From assembly GCA_951406725.2 (NCBI GenBank), contig OX597821.1:71982001-72046000 (forward strand): a stretch of 64,000 nucleotides of DNA, given 5' to 3'. The DNA comes from Octopus vulgaris (Eukaryota). Positions 11,067-25,164 of this stretch are shown here, piece after piece (position 1 is the stretch's first letter; every line of letters begins with the position of its first letter). A program made the position numbers and the translations under genes. The notes beneath the pieces were generated by a model, which had not been told where the DNA came from, did not search any database, and was given only the letters and a program-made list of their open reading frames with translations.

Positions 11067-12487
11067 GAGATAGAGAGATAGAGAGATAGATAGATAGACA
11101 GACAAACGGACAGACAGACAGATAGATAGGGAGAGAGAGAGAGAGAGAGAGAGAGAGCAATGGATGGATGGATGGATGGATGGATGGATGGATGGATGGA
11201 TGGATGGATATACGCACACATTTTTTATGTATCATGTGTATATCTCTAAAGTCCTTCAAATAAACACAGAAATATTTGAGGTCAGGTATGTAAGCAGCAT
11301 CTCTTTACGAGTTTGATCTTCGAATGCAGGCGTGTAGACGATAATGATGAGGATTTAGAGCCAACAGCCGTCGTCGTCATTATCATCATCGTGTTTGTGG
11401 TTGCTTTTATGGCTAATATAATCTCCGTCCATATCATTTCATCAGTTCTTGTACTAAAGGTCTACTATTTATCTCTAAAACTTTTTCTATAAAATTGAAA
11501 GGCAGCACTAAAAGTTACCACGTTTCATAAACGAATACCTCTATTTAAACAATGCGATCTAAGATAGAAAAATAGAGAATGGGTGTACATGCATATCTCA
11601 GGAGTTATTGCTCTCTTATCAACCCCAGATCCGACCCATCAACTATCCACAGACACACCGTTTAAATACCCACTGAGTTTAGCGGTGTAACACAATTGGA
11701 TTAGGATTAATAGTTTCATCTTTAGATATGAAATATTTTTTTATTCTGTGATCCTTTTGCATTGATTGCTTCTGCGACTTGTATCACGAATTCGATCTCA
11801 CAAACTATCAATAAGTGCTGCTTTACTTTAAACATTTGGCAATCTCAAACCTCTACATTTTAATATGATTCGATTAATAGCGATAATTGCTCCAGCTTCG
11901 CTGAATAGACGGTGTATGCCGGCCCTGACAGCATCATCATTATCATCATCAAAAACATCATCATTATCATATGCAGTGTCGATTAACGCCTGGAAGCTGC
12001 CAAAGAGGAGAAATATTGCTTTTCCTTCATGAAATCCGTTTGAACACCAAAGAGGAAGAATCTAGTTTCTGTAATTAATTCAAATACTGACAGATACCAC
12101 AGTTCCGTACTTCCTTTAATTTGGAATGTAAACTGTAGGAGATCAAGTTGCCTTATTGGACGACATATTGGAAACTATTCCTACGGTGAACATCACTTTA
12201 AAATCCAACTATGATAAACGGGTTGGGTTCTCATTTAATTCTCTACTTAAATGATATTTACTTCATTATGAAAGTTGCTAAATACAGTCATATATATTGC
12301 TTATGTGTGTGTGTGTGTGTCTGTGTGTGTGTGTGTCTGTGTGTGTGTGTGTGTTCCAGATAATGTCTCCAGTTTTTTATTAATGTAATTTCATTTTTAC
12401 TCTCTAGCATTTTTATTCTCGTATCAACGTTCACACAAAGCACGCATACACATACAGACAAACACACAGATACAGACAGACATATAC

Positions 12488-13277
<790 letters not shown>

Positions 13278-13389
13278 TTTGCTTATTTTTCGCTTGCGTG
13301 TTTATTTCTTCAGTCTTGTCTCAGTAGTGGAATGTCCTGGTGGATAATGTAAACTTCTCTGTTTTAGGGGTTGTGTTTTAGGGGTTCTC

Positions 13390-14100
13390 TGTTTTAGGGT
13401 AGAATATTCGGTGTGTCTGAAGTATTCTTTTGTTTTTCACAGTCTTTGAATATTTATTGCTCTGGCTCGTTCTATTCCGTTATCTATTGACATTGACTGA
13501 TATTTTCTCTCGAGTAGTATTTAATTCTTGGAGTCTTTTATTATGAGCTTCGACGTTTGAAACAATTGTGCAGATTCTTCTTGCCAGATTAAAAGGAGTA
13601 TTACTTTTCGTGTGTTTGGTATCGCATGAGGAGAACAGCGGGCATTATTTAGAATTTGTTGGTTTGTAGTGAATGTCTGTTTCAATATTTGCGACTGGTT
13701 TGATGATTGGAATGGTTCATGAGTTTTACTGTACTCCATGGTGATGTTAATATTATTGTTTGTGCTGTTAATTAGGATTAAAATCAATATGATGGTCAGA
13801 TGTCTGCATCCACAGAATCAAGCATTAACGGACATAAACGGACATGTACAAGTCTGAACTCTTCTTCAGTGGTCAATTAGAAAGCATTACCTTTTCGGCC
13901 TCTCCAACGATATTGTTAATTTCAACTGTGTCCACAACTTATTAGACTTGTGAGGTTGCAAACGAATGCATAAGCCCCTTTTTATTATATTCTCATTTTG
14001 GTTCATACTTTTCATTTACAAATCTTGCATAATCATTTGTTCTTGTCGTTCTTTTTCATATGTACTCAACTGTAGTCTCTCTAACTCTAAATATGTTATG
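13390..14100 (-). mobile_element. Penelope-like element RT remnant (frameshifted)
   Basis: Minus-strand peptides NINITMEYS, IETDIHYKPTNS and KSNTPFNLARRICTIVS; nucleotide similarity to 52990-53290. Boundaries are approximate. Confidence 0.75.
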
Positions 14101-14202
14101 CGAACCAATGGAATCAACTATATTGTCTTAGATGCCGAAATTGCAATGATATCCAAATGTGGGCTTTTCGCTTTTCCTGTAAAGTTACTTGTCCGTTTGA
14201 GC

Positions 14203-14259
14203 TACTTCTATGCATTCTTTGAAGTGCAACACAGCTGTACAGCTGTTATTCTTCTCAGC

Positions 14260-14329
<70 letters not shown>

Positions 14330-14385
14330 CCGAGAAGAATAACAGCTGTACAGCTGTGTTGCACTTCAAAGAATGCATAGAAGTA
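14203..14385. repeat. ~60-bp inverted repeat whose spacer is a (CA)n(TA)n microsatellite
   Basis: tacttctatgcattctttgaagtgcaacacagctgtacagctgttattcttctcagcta versus its reverse complement at ~14327-14385 (one mismatch). Confidence 0.9.
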
Positions 14386-14493
14386 ACACAAAGGGAAAAC
14401 GAAAACCCTGCCCAAATGCATGACCACTAGTCTTATCTTTTCATCATTACATATGTATGTATCTATAGAGATATAAATATATATATATGCATG

Positions 14494-14541
<48 letters not shown>

Positions 14542-14748
14542 GTGTGTGTGTGTGTGTGTATATACATATATATATAAATATATAATGTATATATATATAT
14601 ATATAATATATATATATATATGCATGTATGTATGTATATGTATGTATATGTGTATGTATATATATATGTGTGTGTGTATATATATATATATGTATATATA
14701 TATATGTGTATAATATATATATATGGGGGGGATATACACATATAAATA

Positions 14749-15972
14749 TAGGGGTTGGACAAAATAATGGAAACACCTTAAAATTTCAAACAAATTTATA
14801 TTATGATGATAGTACCGCCTTTGGCTGTAATTACAGCTTGAATTCTACGAGGTATGGACTTGTACAAAGTTTGAATTGTTTCCAAAGGAATTTTTGTCTA
14901 TTCTTCAGCTAAAACAGTCTCCAGTTCTTGTAGAGAAGATGCTGGAGGATATCAACTCCTTACTTGTTTTTCTAAAAGGCACCATAAATGTTCAATAATA
15001 TTGAGATTTGGGGACTGTGGTGGCCAGATAAGATCTTCAACTTCACTAGAATGTTCCTCGTGCCATTCAATAACAACTTTAGCTGTGTGAATTAGCGCTT
15101 CATCATCCTGAAAGGTTGCTTTTCCCTCCGGATGACTTGAATTTGATCAGATAAAATGCTTAAATAGTCTTGACTATTAATTCTGCCACGAAGAGAAACC
15201 ATTGGGCCGGCGGATTTCAAAGATATAGCCCCTTAGATCATCACAGATCATTCTCAATGTTTAACACTTAGAAGAAGGCAGTCTGGGTGAAATGCTTCTT
15301 TTGGCTGTCTTCACACGTATACACGGCCGGTGGTCGGAAATAAGGTAAAGGATGACTCGTCCGAGAAAATAGCATTCTTCCTCCGCTCTAAAAACCAATT
15401 CTGTAGGTTTTTACTCCACTTTAAATGCTTTGCAACATTTGTTTTTGAAAGGAGTGGTTTTCTGATTGCAGCTCTCCAGTGAAATCCGGCTTTGTGCAGC
15501 TCCCAGTGAACAGTTTTTGTGGAAATGGGTTCTCGAGGTAGTCATTAAGCTCTGCAGTAATTTGTGGAGCTATACTTTCACGTAAGACACCGTCTTACGT
15601 GAAAGTTTTGGTTTCTTCCGAAGTTTTGTTTCGACGAGGAGGTTTTTCCCTCGCAAAGGTTGTCATTACTTTCTAGACAGTTGTTCTTGATATACCAAAC
15701 ATTTCGGCTGTTTTCGTTACGCTAGCACCTGCCATACGAGCACCAACAATTTGACCTCTTTGAAAGTCCGATAGATCTGTCATTTTAATGAATTTTAATT
15801 ACCTTTTTCTGATCATATCTGAAAAGAAACAACAATTTTAGCAAATCATATTAAAGAACACTAATAATAAATCAAAAAACATAAAAATAAACAAGCTTTT
15901 AACGGTTTCATAGATATTTCAAAATTATGATGCTATGATGCTAGGTGTTTCCATTATTTTGTCCAACCCCTG
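14749..15972 (-). mobile_element. Full-length Tc1-type transposon with inactivated DD36E transposase
   Basis: 30-bp TIRs (t/c)aggggttggacaaaataatggaaacacct with TA flanks. Transposase starts at 15783 (MTDLSDFQRGQIVGARMAGASVTKTAEMFG) and contains FSDES and FQDDEAL..WPPQSPNLNIIEHLW, with stops and frameshifts. Confidence 0.92.
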
Positions 15973-16489
15973 TATATGCTTTGGGAAATCACTGGGATTG
16001 CTACTTAAGGAGAGATAATCGCTTCTAAGCTTATTCTTCTCTTGTTGAGAAATCATTATCAATGAGTGAAAAGTGCATACATATACTTCCATATAATTCT
16101 TTTATTAAAATTTCTTGTAGCCGTAGATAGTAATATTTCGTTCTCATTGATACATAAATATATGCATACACACACACCCGTGTGTATGTGTATACATAAT
16201 TATACATATATTACATATATAAAGTAGAGCTACATTATTTGTTAAACCGTATGAGAAGTTTCATTAGCATCAACAGGAATTATTTTTAAATGGTGCAATA
16301 GTAAGAATTCTCAAATGAACCAAAGATGAATGAAATCATGCATTGGGAAGTTCGGTCTTTGGCAGTTTGATGACAACTCCGTACATAATTCGGCGTTACT
16401 AAACCTCATCATCGTTTTTGTTGCGTACGTGCTCTTGCCTTTTTCGGGGACGAAGAAGTAGCTGAGGGCATATGTGAGAGGGCCACTAT

Positions 16490-16885
16490 GAATATTAGTG
16501 GCCCCCAAGACATTGCCCTGTGGGACATCACTCATTATTTGCGTTTCCTTGGAGGTACCCCGTTGGTCACTACAACCTGGTTTCCATCTTTTAGAAAGTC
16601 GTGTAATCTTTTAGGAAGTTTTCCGAGTCACGCAGCTTATGACGTATCATCCCATGGTCGACTTTATCAAAGCCTTTTGCGAAGTCGAGATATATTACGT
16701 CCACATTTGAGTTGTTGTGTTGAACAGCTGCTTTGACACCCAGTCATAGTGCTGTAAGAGCTGTACGAGGCAGGTTCTAACTGGTGGAAAACCATGCTGG
16801 ATGTCAGTCAGCAAGTCATTCTCTTCAAGGAATTCAATTAGTTTCCCTCGGACTATTTGTTCCATGACTTTGATGGTGTGTGAGG
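16490..16885 (-). mobile_element. CR1/L2-group LINE RT fragment
   Basis: Minus strand QHGF..TCLVQLLQHYD..DVIYLDFAKGFDKVDH..SDVPQGNVLG, with frameshifts. Confidence 0.8.
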
Positions 16886-17129
16886 AATAAACATTTTTCC
16901 TGCAGATGATTCTTCAATTTTCAATTTGTAGCGGATCACACATGTGTGTATGCTTGTGTATGAGATCTTTCAATGTATAGTTTTATGTGTGTGAGTGTTT
17001 GTGTGTAGTTGCGTATGACTGTGGGTGCGATGTGAATGTCTCTGCAGCTTTGTATATTTAAACAAGAACGAGAGGTTGTGAGGAGAATTGTGTTGCTGCA
17101 TTATTAGTTCTGTATGCAGTCATGCAGTG

Positions 17130-17432
17130 AGGGGGCGCTGGTTTGTAGATACGATATTCGGCTCATGATCGTAAGGTCGTGTGTTCAATTCTCAGCAACG
17201 CGTTGTGTTTCTTGAGCAAGGGACTTTGTTTTACGTTGCTCTAGTCCACTCAGCTGGCAAAACTGAGTTGTACCTGTAATTCAAAGGAGGCCAGCCTTGT
17301 CACATTCTGTTTTTCGCTGAATCTCCCAGAGAACAACGTTCAAGATATGGAAGTGTCTGCGGAATCTCAACCACTTGCACGTTAATTTCACGATCGTATC
17401 AACTGGAACACTCATCGTCGTCACCGACGAAG
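17130..17432 (+). mobile_element. tRNA-derived CORE-like SINE family C
   Basis: B-box-like gtgttcaattctc, CORE-like gttgtgtttcttgagcaagggactt..gctctagtccactcagctg, and a 3' end shared with window positions 1-62. Confidence 0.65.
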
Positions 17433-17785
17433 ACCCACTTTAGTAGCAATGTGCCTGTAAAAGAGTATAATCGCTTTGCCTCCAGCAATGATATCAAGAG
17501 TTTCATTGTTAAGTAATTTCGTTCGTATTTTGCTTTTTTATGAATTATATGAATTAACACTAAAAGTATTTTTGGTCGAAGTGTTTCATGGTTGTTTGGA
17601 AGCCCCAGTTTTCCTTTACAACTTTTGTTTATCGTTTTAGAAAATTGCAGTGAATTTTGTCTTTTTTCGGATATATGATGATGCAAGTAGGACAAAAACG
17701 GACGAATTTATCTCACAACCCCAAACGTTGAGTTTCATTACAAAACAAGGCAAAAGCAACAGGCAAACATATTGAGAACTAAATT

Positions 17786-18374
17786 CTTTTCTACTCTAGG
17801 CACAAGGCTCGAAAGTTTTTGTGGGGTGGGGACCAGTCGAATAGATCGACCCAGTACGCAACAGGTACTTAATATATCGACCCCCGAAAGGATGAACGGC
17901 AAAGTCGACCTCGGCGGAATTTGAACCCAGAGCGTAACAGCAGACGAAATACCTATTTCTATTTCTTTACTACCCACAAGGGGGCTAAACAGAGAGAGGA
18001 CAAACAAGGACAGATAAACTCATTAAGTCGATTATATCGACCCTAGTGCGTAACTGGTACTTATTTAATCGACCCCGAAATGATGAAAGGCAAAGTCGAC
18101 CTCGGCGGAAATTGAACTCAGAACGTAGCGGCAGACAAAATATCTATTTCTTTACTACCCACAAGGGGCTAAACACAGAAAGGACAAACAAGGACAGACA
18201 AACGGATGAAGTCGATTATATCGACCCCAGTGCGTAACTGGTACTTAATTTATCGACCCCGAAAGGATGAAAGGCAAATTCGACCTCGGTGAAATTTGAA
18301 CTCAGAACGCAACGGCAGACGAAATACGGCTACGCATTTCGCCCGGCGTGCTAACGTTTCTGCCAGCTCACTGC
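17786..18374 (-). mobile_element. SINE family A, three-unit tandem array
   Basis: Same organisation as 7741-8329: one head, three central domains, two Tx1-like tails and a terminal ccttgtgcctagagtagaaaag tail. Confidence 0.85.
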
Positions 18375-18408
18375 TTGATGTTTCCTCAAAACATCTCTCT
18401 CTTCATTC

Positions 18409-18463
<55 letters not shown>

Positions 18464-18812
18464 TCTCTCTCTCTGTCTCTCTCTCACTCTCTCTCTCTCT
18501 CTCTTATGTATTCTTCTTGCTATTATCTTAATCAGTTCTAAATCTATTCTTAATGAAAGGCTAAACCAAAAGCATCTTCAGCCACACTAACAAGATTCTG
18601 ATGACAGACACGTGACTTGCTGACACTTGACACAAAACACATCCAACAAATCAACTGAAAATCGTTTCGGATGCAAAAGTTCGTGCTTCACTGAACTAAT
18701 GAAGCGCTTCAATGACAAACATTACCGCTCCGTCACGGTTGACGGCTTTGTTTATCTTCAATTAATTATGGCTGATAGTTTTACCGACTGTTCTGGTCAC
18801 CGCGGCTGCTGC

Positions 18813-18843
<31 letters not shown>

Positions 18844-19459
18844 GGTGGTGGTCGTGGTGGTCGTGGTCGTGGTCGTGATGATGATGATGATGATGATGAT
18901 GGGGGTTGAGGTGGTGGTGCTGGTGGTGTTGGTGATGTCACACAGTTTTCAGGTTATCAGTTAAACTTTGAAAGCTGATTGCCTTGAAGTACGAAAACAT
19001 ACATTTGTGCCTCTCTGCGTGTGTGTGTGTGTGTGTGTGCCTCTGTGTGTGTGTGTGTGTGTGTGTGTGAGTGTATACATGTGTATATGTTTGCCTGTAT
19101 ATATATATATATATATATATGTGTGTGAGTGTGTGGGGACTATCAAGTAAGCATGTGTACGTTGCAAGTGCTCGTATGTGTGCGTGTGGGTGTATGGGTG
19201 TGTACGCACGGGTGTGTGTGTGCGAGGGAGGTGTAATGCAATTTTTGGTAGTAATGTAATGGAAGATGTGAAGTAGTTTCAATGTTTCCAATGTTGGAAT
19301 GTAGTGGTACAGTGATAGGTATTATAAACTAAATGGATTGCCCTGTAATTTGAGTTCAAATTCTATTCAGGCTCACCATCATATATCTCTTTGGGGACGA
19401 TATGAAAAACGCCAAGAATAAATGTATATACAGACAGACAATAGATAGATAGATAGATA

Positions 19460-20204
19460 AGTTTCTTTATTGGCCACACAGGGCTGCACACAGATGGGAC
19501 AAGTTACAAGGTAGAGCTTTTCTTTTGGGGGATGAAGAAAACAAAAAAATAAATAAATAAGGGGGGGTGGCGTAGGTTTTCGATCAAGAGGGATCGTAAA
19601 AGGGAAGAAAAGAACAAAAAAAGTAAATAAATGAATAAAAAAAATAAAAAGAATAAAAAGAAAAAAAAAAGGAAAAGGAAAAGGAACAAGAAAAAAGAGA
19701 AATGAAAAAAGAAGAAAAAAAGGGGAAAAAAAGGGGAAGAGGAAAAAAACGATCAATAGGGATCGTGTATCACAGTGTTATGATATATGGTGTAAAGGGG
19801 AAAGCAAGTAAGGTTTATCCGTGGGAAGAAAAGCCTACGAAAAAGACCACGGTAACCTTGGTCAATATTGTTATATGTTATCACATTTGTTTGCAAGTGG
19901 GTAACCCTCTGTTTTCAATTTCTGGGTTCATAGGATTATGCTCATTCGTCATTCATACGTGCCATCCTTGCTACATTCACCCATCTTTTTTAAAACATTC
20001 GCTAAACAAAACTTGCCTCTCTACTCTCACTTTCCTTTTCAAGTGATAGTTGAAGAAGTTGATGAGAGATTGACCAGAGAGGAAAGTGTTTGTCTCCAAT
20101 CCTCTCAGACGCGTCCACCAGATACATTCGTTCGCCATAGCCACAAGGATGATGAAAATAGCTCTTCCTTCCCGTTTGAAGGAAGGAGGCGTGACAATAT
20201 TGAC
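19460..20204 (-). mobile_element. Tx1/L1-clade LINE 3' fragment flanked by (GATA)n on both sides
   Basis: ORF 19977-20309 contains ECIWWTRLRGLETNTFLSGQSLINFFNYHLKRKVRVER. The 3' UTR is shared with 12597-12830 (aagaaaagcctacg.aaaagaccacggtaacct). Confidence 0.8.
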
Positions 20205-20304
<100 letters not shown>

Positions 20305-20434
20305 TGCATCTTTCTTGGTCATACAGGGCTGAACACAGAAGAGACAAAATGTAATGTAGAGCTTTTTTCTTTTCGAAAATAGAAAAAAAAGAAGAAAAAT
20401 TTAATTCCGATCAAAAGGGATCGGGGAAAAAAAG
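20305..20434 (-). mobile_element. Tx1-like LINE extreme 3' stub between (GATA)n tracts
   Basis: cagggctgaacacaga..gtagagcttt..ccgatcaaaagggatcg matches 12617-12728. Confidence 0.75.
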
Positions 20435-20466
20435 AGATAGATAGGTAAATAGATATATATATATAT

Positions 20467-20567
<101 letters not shown>

Positions 20568-20907
20568 GACGGAGGAGGGAGATCAGCGTATTGTTTTGTT
20601 TTGTTTTTTATTTAGTAGAAACTCTTCATTTATAGAATATTCATAATGTCGACTCTGAAAATTCATTCGTAAGCAATATTTTGTCCTACTGAAGGAACCA
20701 AGAGGCTTCTGGAATGGTAAGAGAATTTGTTAGGCAAAGGGTTACCAAACATCTTTAGTGCCATAACATAAATATTATTATATTTCAGCAAGATTAAATG
20801 TGTATGGAGCATGTTAATATAAACATTGCATAGGCTTACATAATTTCCACTGTTTGCTATCATACTGGGTACAGTCACATATTCATACATATACATACAC
20901 ACACACT

Positions 20908-20949
<42 letters not shown>

Positions 20950-21017
20950 CTTGCTCACGCACGCATGCATACACACATGTGTGTGAGTGTATGTGTGTAT
21001 GTGTGTATATATATATC

Positions 21018-21074
<57 letters not shown>

Positions 21075-21089
21075 GTATGTATATGTACA

Positions 21090-21481
21090 TGCAGGCGTGG
21101 CTAGTTGGTAAGAAGTTTCCTTCTTAATCACATGGCTCTGGGTTCTGCTCCCCACCGTGGCACCTTGGGTAAATGTCTTCTATTATAGTTTTAGGCTGAC
21201 CAAAGCCTGCGAGTGGATTTGGTAAACGGAAACTGAAAGAAGCCTATCGTGTATGTGTGTGTGTATGTGTGTGTGTATGTATTTGTCTCCCACCAGTCGG
21301 CAACCGGTGGTGATGTGTTCACGTCACCATAACTTAGCGGTTCGTCTAAAGATCCCGATGAAATAAGTACCAGACTCTAAGCTAAATAAGTACGAGGATC
21401 CATTCATTCGACTAAAATTCTTCAAGTCGGTGCTCCAGCATGGCCGCTATCTAGTGACTGAAGCAGCTAAAAGATAAAAGA
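21090..21481 (+). mobile_element. SINE family B (CORE-type, internal TG microsatellite)
   Basis: Head, gtggcaccttgggtaaatgtcttc, gagtggatttggtaaacggaaactgaaagaagcc, and tail ggtgctccagcatggccgc..gactgaa. Confidence 0.8.
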
Positions 21482-21567
21482 TACATATATCTATATATTT
21501 GCCTGTGTGTGTGAATGTGTGTGTTTGTAGGCACGCTTGTGTTCGCACACGCACACACACACAGCTA

Positions 21568-21649
<82 letters not shown>

Positions 21650-21660
21650 CATACATATAT

Positions 21661-22557
21661 ATACATAAATGGCAATTTCCGTCTGTTTGTCTGTGTGTGC
21701 GTGTTTCTGAATTTGTTACTTTAACACTTCCCAGACTATGTAACCGATCTTGATGAAACTTCACAAGTGCGTGGGGCTTATACACATTCGGTCATTTATG
21801 CACTTGGGATTTCAAAAAAAAATCAATCATTTTTAATCAGCATCGATTTTTCAAAAATTGATAGGACATTTCACTGCAAATTCTCATATGAATGTTATTT
21901 TCTGCCATAACTTTTTAAGTTTTCAACCGATTTTCTTGAAATTCTATACACAGATGGAATATGCGTTAAGGATGGGTTAAGACTAGGCCACTCAAGCAAA
22001 GCGTAAGAGGATTTTTGATTAACTGATTAATGAAATTTGGCCTAAATTGTTGTGAAGATAAAATGTTCATCAATTATTTCATCCTTCTCAGGTTGTTGTA
22101 ACGTATTTTCTTAACACCTGCATCGATTTTAAATGTTGCAACGTTGTGTGCTAAAACATGTAACATATATTTTATTAACACCGCACTTAAAATTGTCGGT
22201 TCTAACTGTTGTAATCGATATTTGGTTCTCACGATCAGTGGAACTATACCCATGAAACACAGTCATCAAATTAAGTGCCTTTTCTGTAAATAATTTTTGT
22301 TTACTTTTCAAACTTTCATGCTCTTTTTTTCTCAATTCCATTCTTGATGTTTCCATTGATTTTATATTTGCAGCTTTCCACTCATCTGACCAAACGATTA
22401 TCATTTTCCGATTCCACACGTATGTATTTGTATTATTGTTTCATGAATGAATTTGCTTACGCCTTCTGTTATCTGTCTTGATTTCACTTTTCGTCAGAGA
22501 GAAATTAAGTACCGGGAATATCCCTGCTCCCGGGTATTACCGAAGACGCCATGATAG
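21661..22557 (+). mobile_element. Possible non-autonomous Helitron/DINE-like element
   Basis: Begins after a TA tract with ataaatggcaat..gtctgtttgtctg, has repeated ccgat(t/c)tt..tgaaa(c/t)t motifs (21745, 21928, 22022), and a GC-rich hairpin-like cccgggtattaccg near the end. The 3' CTAG is degenerate. Confidence 0.35.
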
Positions 22558-22732
22558 ATCGTTAGCTACTACACACATTTTTTTATCTCCTTGTTTTTTT
22601 TTGTGTATCTTTCTATAGAAGAGCGTAGGCTCGAAACGTAAAAGACTTTTTCTATTCATATTTCTATACTAATACATCTGTTTGTTTGTACACCACCTGC
22701 CTTCGTCTTTTCTTTATTTTCGTAAACTTTCC

Positions 22733-22736
<4 letters not shown>
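22553..22736 (+). mobile_element. Family H1 variant (PLE pLTR-like) with hammerhead motif, followed by (TA)n
   Basis: ctataga-a-gagc-gtag-gctc-gaaa-cgta at 22613-22640; colinear with 54826-55016. Confidence 0.7.
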
Positions 22737-22762
<26 letters not shown>

Positions 22763-22763
<1 letters not shown>

Positions 22764-23153
22764 GGCGCAGGAGTGGCTGTGTGGTAAGTAGCTTGCTAAC
22801 CAACCACATGGTTCCGGGTTCAGTCCCACTGCGTGGCATCTTGGGCAAGTGTCTTCTGCTATAGCCCCGGGCCGACCAATGCCTTGTGAGTGGATTTGGT
22901 AGACGGAAACTGAAAGAAGCCTGTCGTATATATGTATATATATATATAGTGTGTGTGTATATGTTTGTGTGTATGTGTTTGTCTCCCTAGCATTGCTTGA
23001 CAACCGATGCTGGTGTGTTTACGTCCCCGTAACTTAGCGGTTCGGCAAAAAGAGACCGATAGAATAAGTACTGGGGTCGATTTGCTCGACTAAAGGCGGT
23101 ACTCCAGCATGGCCGCAGTCAAATGACTGAAACAAGTAAAAGAGTAAAAGAGA
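22763..23153 (+). mobile_element. SINE family B, near full-length (resembles octopus OR-type CORE-SINE)
   Basis: A box tggctgtgtggtaag, B box gggttcagtccc, CORE-like cttgggcaagtgtctt, internal (TA/TG)n, and tail gactgaaacaagtaaaagag. Confidence 0.88.
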
Positions 23154-23201
<48 letters not shown>

Positions 23202-23206
<5 letters not shown>

Positions 23207-23334
23207 TAATCCAAACATGAAAACACAAAGAGAAAACACAACACGAGGACGTGGAACAAGTATAGTGTTATTGGACGCTCAGGAAGGAAGGGAAGAAGGA
23301 GGAAAAAAATCGCCAACGATACACACGCGGTTAC
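23202..23334 (-). mobile_element. Family H1 element, internally deleted (hammerhead core missing), in (TA)n
   Basis: Reverse complement of both ends of 5777-5979 (accgcgtgtgtatcgttggcgat.. and ..ttccacgtcctcg..tttggattaa). Confidence 0.75.
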
Positions 23335-23410
<76 letters not shown>

Positions 23411-23745
23411 ACACATACATACGTAGTTAGATATATTTACGTATTGTTGACATCATAAGAATTTATAAACTTCGAGAGAAGACGTTTTTTTAGGCCAGTA
23501 TTTACTTTTCCCTTTCTACCTCTAAATTGCTGGCCTTGCACCGAACTTAGAAACATTTATCAGCACGCCGAGCGAAATGCTAAGCGATGTTTCAACGGCA
23601 GCTACGTTCTGAGTTGAAATTCCGCCGAAATCGGTAAAATAAGTACCAGCTGACCATGGGGTCGATGTGATCGACTTAATTCCCCCAAAAATGGCTACCC
23701 ATGTGGGAAAATTTGAAACTATTATTATTATTATTATTATTATTA

Positions 23746-24636
23746 AGTGACTAAGTGACTCTTTTTTACTGGTCACGCTTCAAAAACTCTGCGAAGAATT
23801 CTTGCAGTTACAAGCAAGGCTGATTTTTGTCAGAGTTCTACCTTCACACATGCGCCAATCTTTTTTAGCCATATTGATAGCCGAGTGCTGATACATCCAA
23901 GTGCACCAATTACTGTTGGTATGATGTCTACGCTCCTCATTGACCACAACCTTCGTTTTTCCCACTTCAAATCATCATGGTTGCCTATTTTTTTCTTCCT
24001 CTTTCACATTGATCCTGTTGTCACCAGGGTAGGCTATGTCGATTATCATGCATCTTTTTTCTTTATTATTCACCACAACAATGTCCGGTTTCCGATGTCT
24101 GGTCAAGTGATCGCATTGGATCATTACATCCCACAGAATTTAAGCAATTCTCATTTTCGGTGATTCTGGAGTTTTCTCATACCACGTATTTGCTCTTGGT
24201 ACACCGTGATTTCCACAGAGCTGCCAATGGATCATTCTTGCCATATTTTCATGGCGCCTTTTGTTATCGCGTTGTGCCAATGTCGGGCATTTCGCTAACG
24301 ATGTGCCATATCGTCTCACCCCTCTGACCACACATTCTACATTTGTCGCTGTCGGTAGTGTTGTCTATTTTGCACGTCATATAGTTGATCCTTAATGCTT
24401 GTTCTTCAGCTGCGCATACGAGTGCTTCTGTCTCTATCTTCAGGACACTCATCCTCATCCATAGCAACCTGTATCTGTCTTCGCGTTCACATCTCTTGCA
24501 AACTGACTGTACATTTTTTCTTTCCATGCTTTTTCTTTTTGTGTGTGTGTGTGTTTGTTAATTTCTTGTTTAAATTTTTCTTTCATAACACAATTTTCAT
24601 TTTGTTGACGACAGCCTTTTTTGTATGTTTCAACAA
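23746..24636 (-). mobile_element. R4/Dong-like RLE LINE 3' fragment #1
   Basis: LKIETEALVCAAEEQALR..KCRMCGQRGETIWHIVS.CPTLAQ..KRRH..HRKPDIVV..IIDIAYPGD..ARILRRVFEA*, with frameshifts; bounded by (TAA)n. Confidence 0.85.
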
Positions 24637-24652
24637 TTATTATTATTATTAT

Positions 24653-24705
<53 letters not shown>

Positions 24706-24706
24706 A

Positions 24707-24779
<73 letters not shown>

Positions 24780-25080
24780 TCTCTTTATCACGTATTTTGT
24801 TAGAACTCCTGGAGTCTTGCATGCATAACAGACTTGCTACCTGCAGCCTACGGTACCATGCTATCCATTCTTTTCAGCTCTCTAATACTTTTCTGATTAT
24901 TCTAACCGTGCCAAGATGGCAAATCTTTTGTAACAGTTCTACTGGGCGCTCTATTCCAATTTCCTTCATATTCCTCTTGGTGCCTTGTGATACTGTTCTC
25001 AAGGACCCAACAATAATTGGTACTATGTTCACCTTCTTCATTTTCCATGGCTGGGCTATTTCGTACTTAAGAGGGATGTA
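24780..25080 (-). mobile_element. R4/Dong-like LINE 3' fragment #2
   Basis: LKYEIAQPWKMKKVNIVPIIVGSLRTV..LQKICHLGTVRIIRKVLES* plus 3' UTR, between (CTA)n and (TAA)n. Confidence 0.8.
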
Positions 25081-25090
25081 TTGTTATCAC

Positions 25091-25163
<73 letters not shown>

Positions 25164-25164
<1 letters not shown>

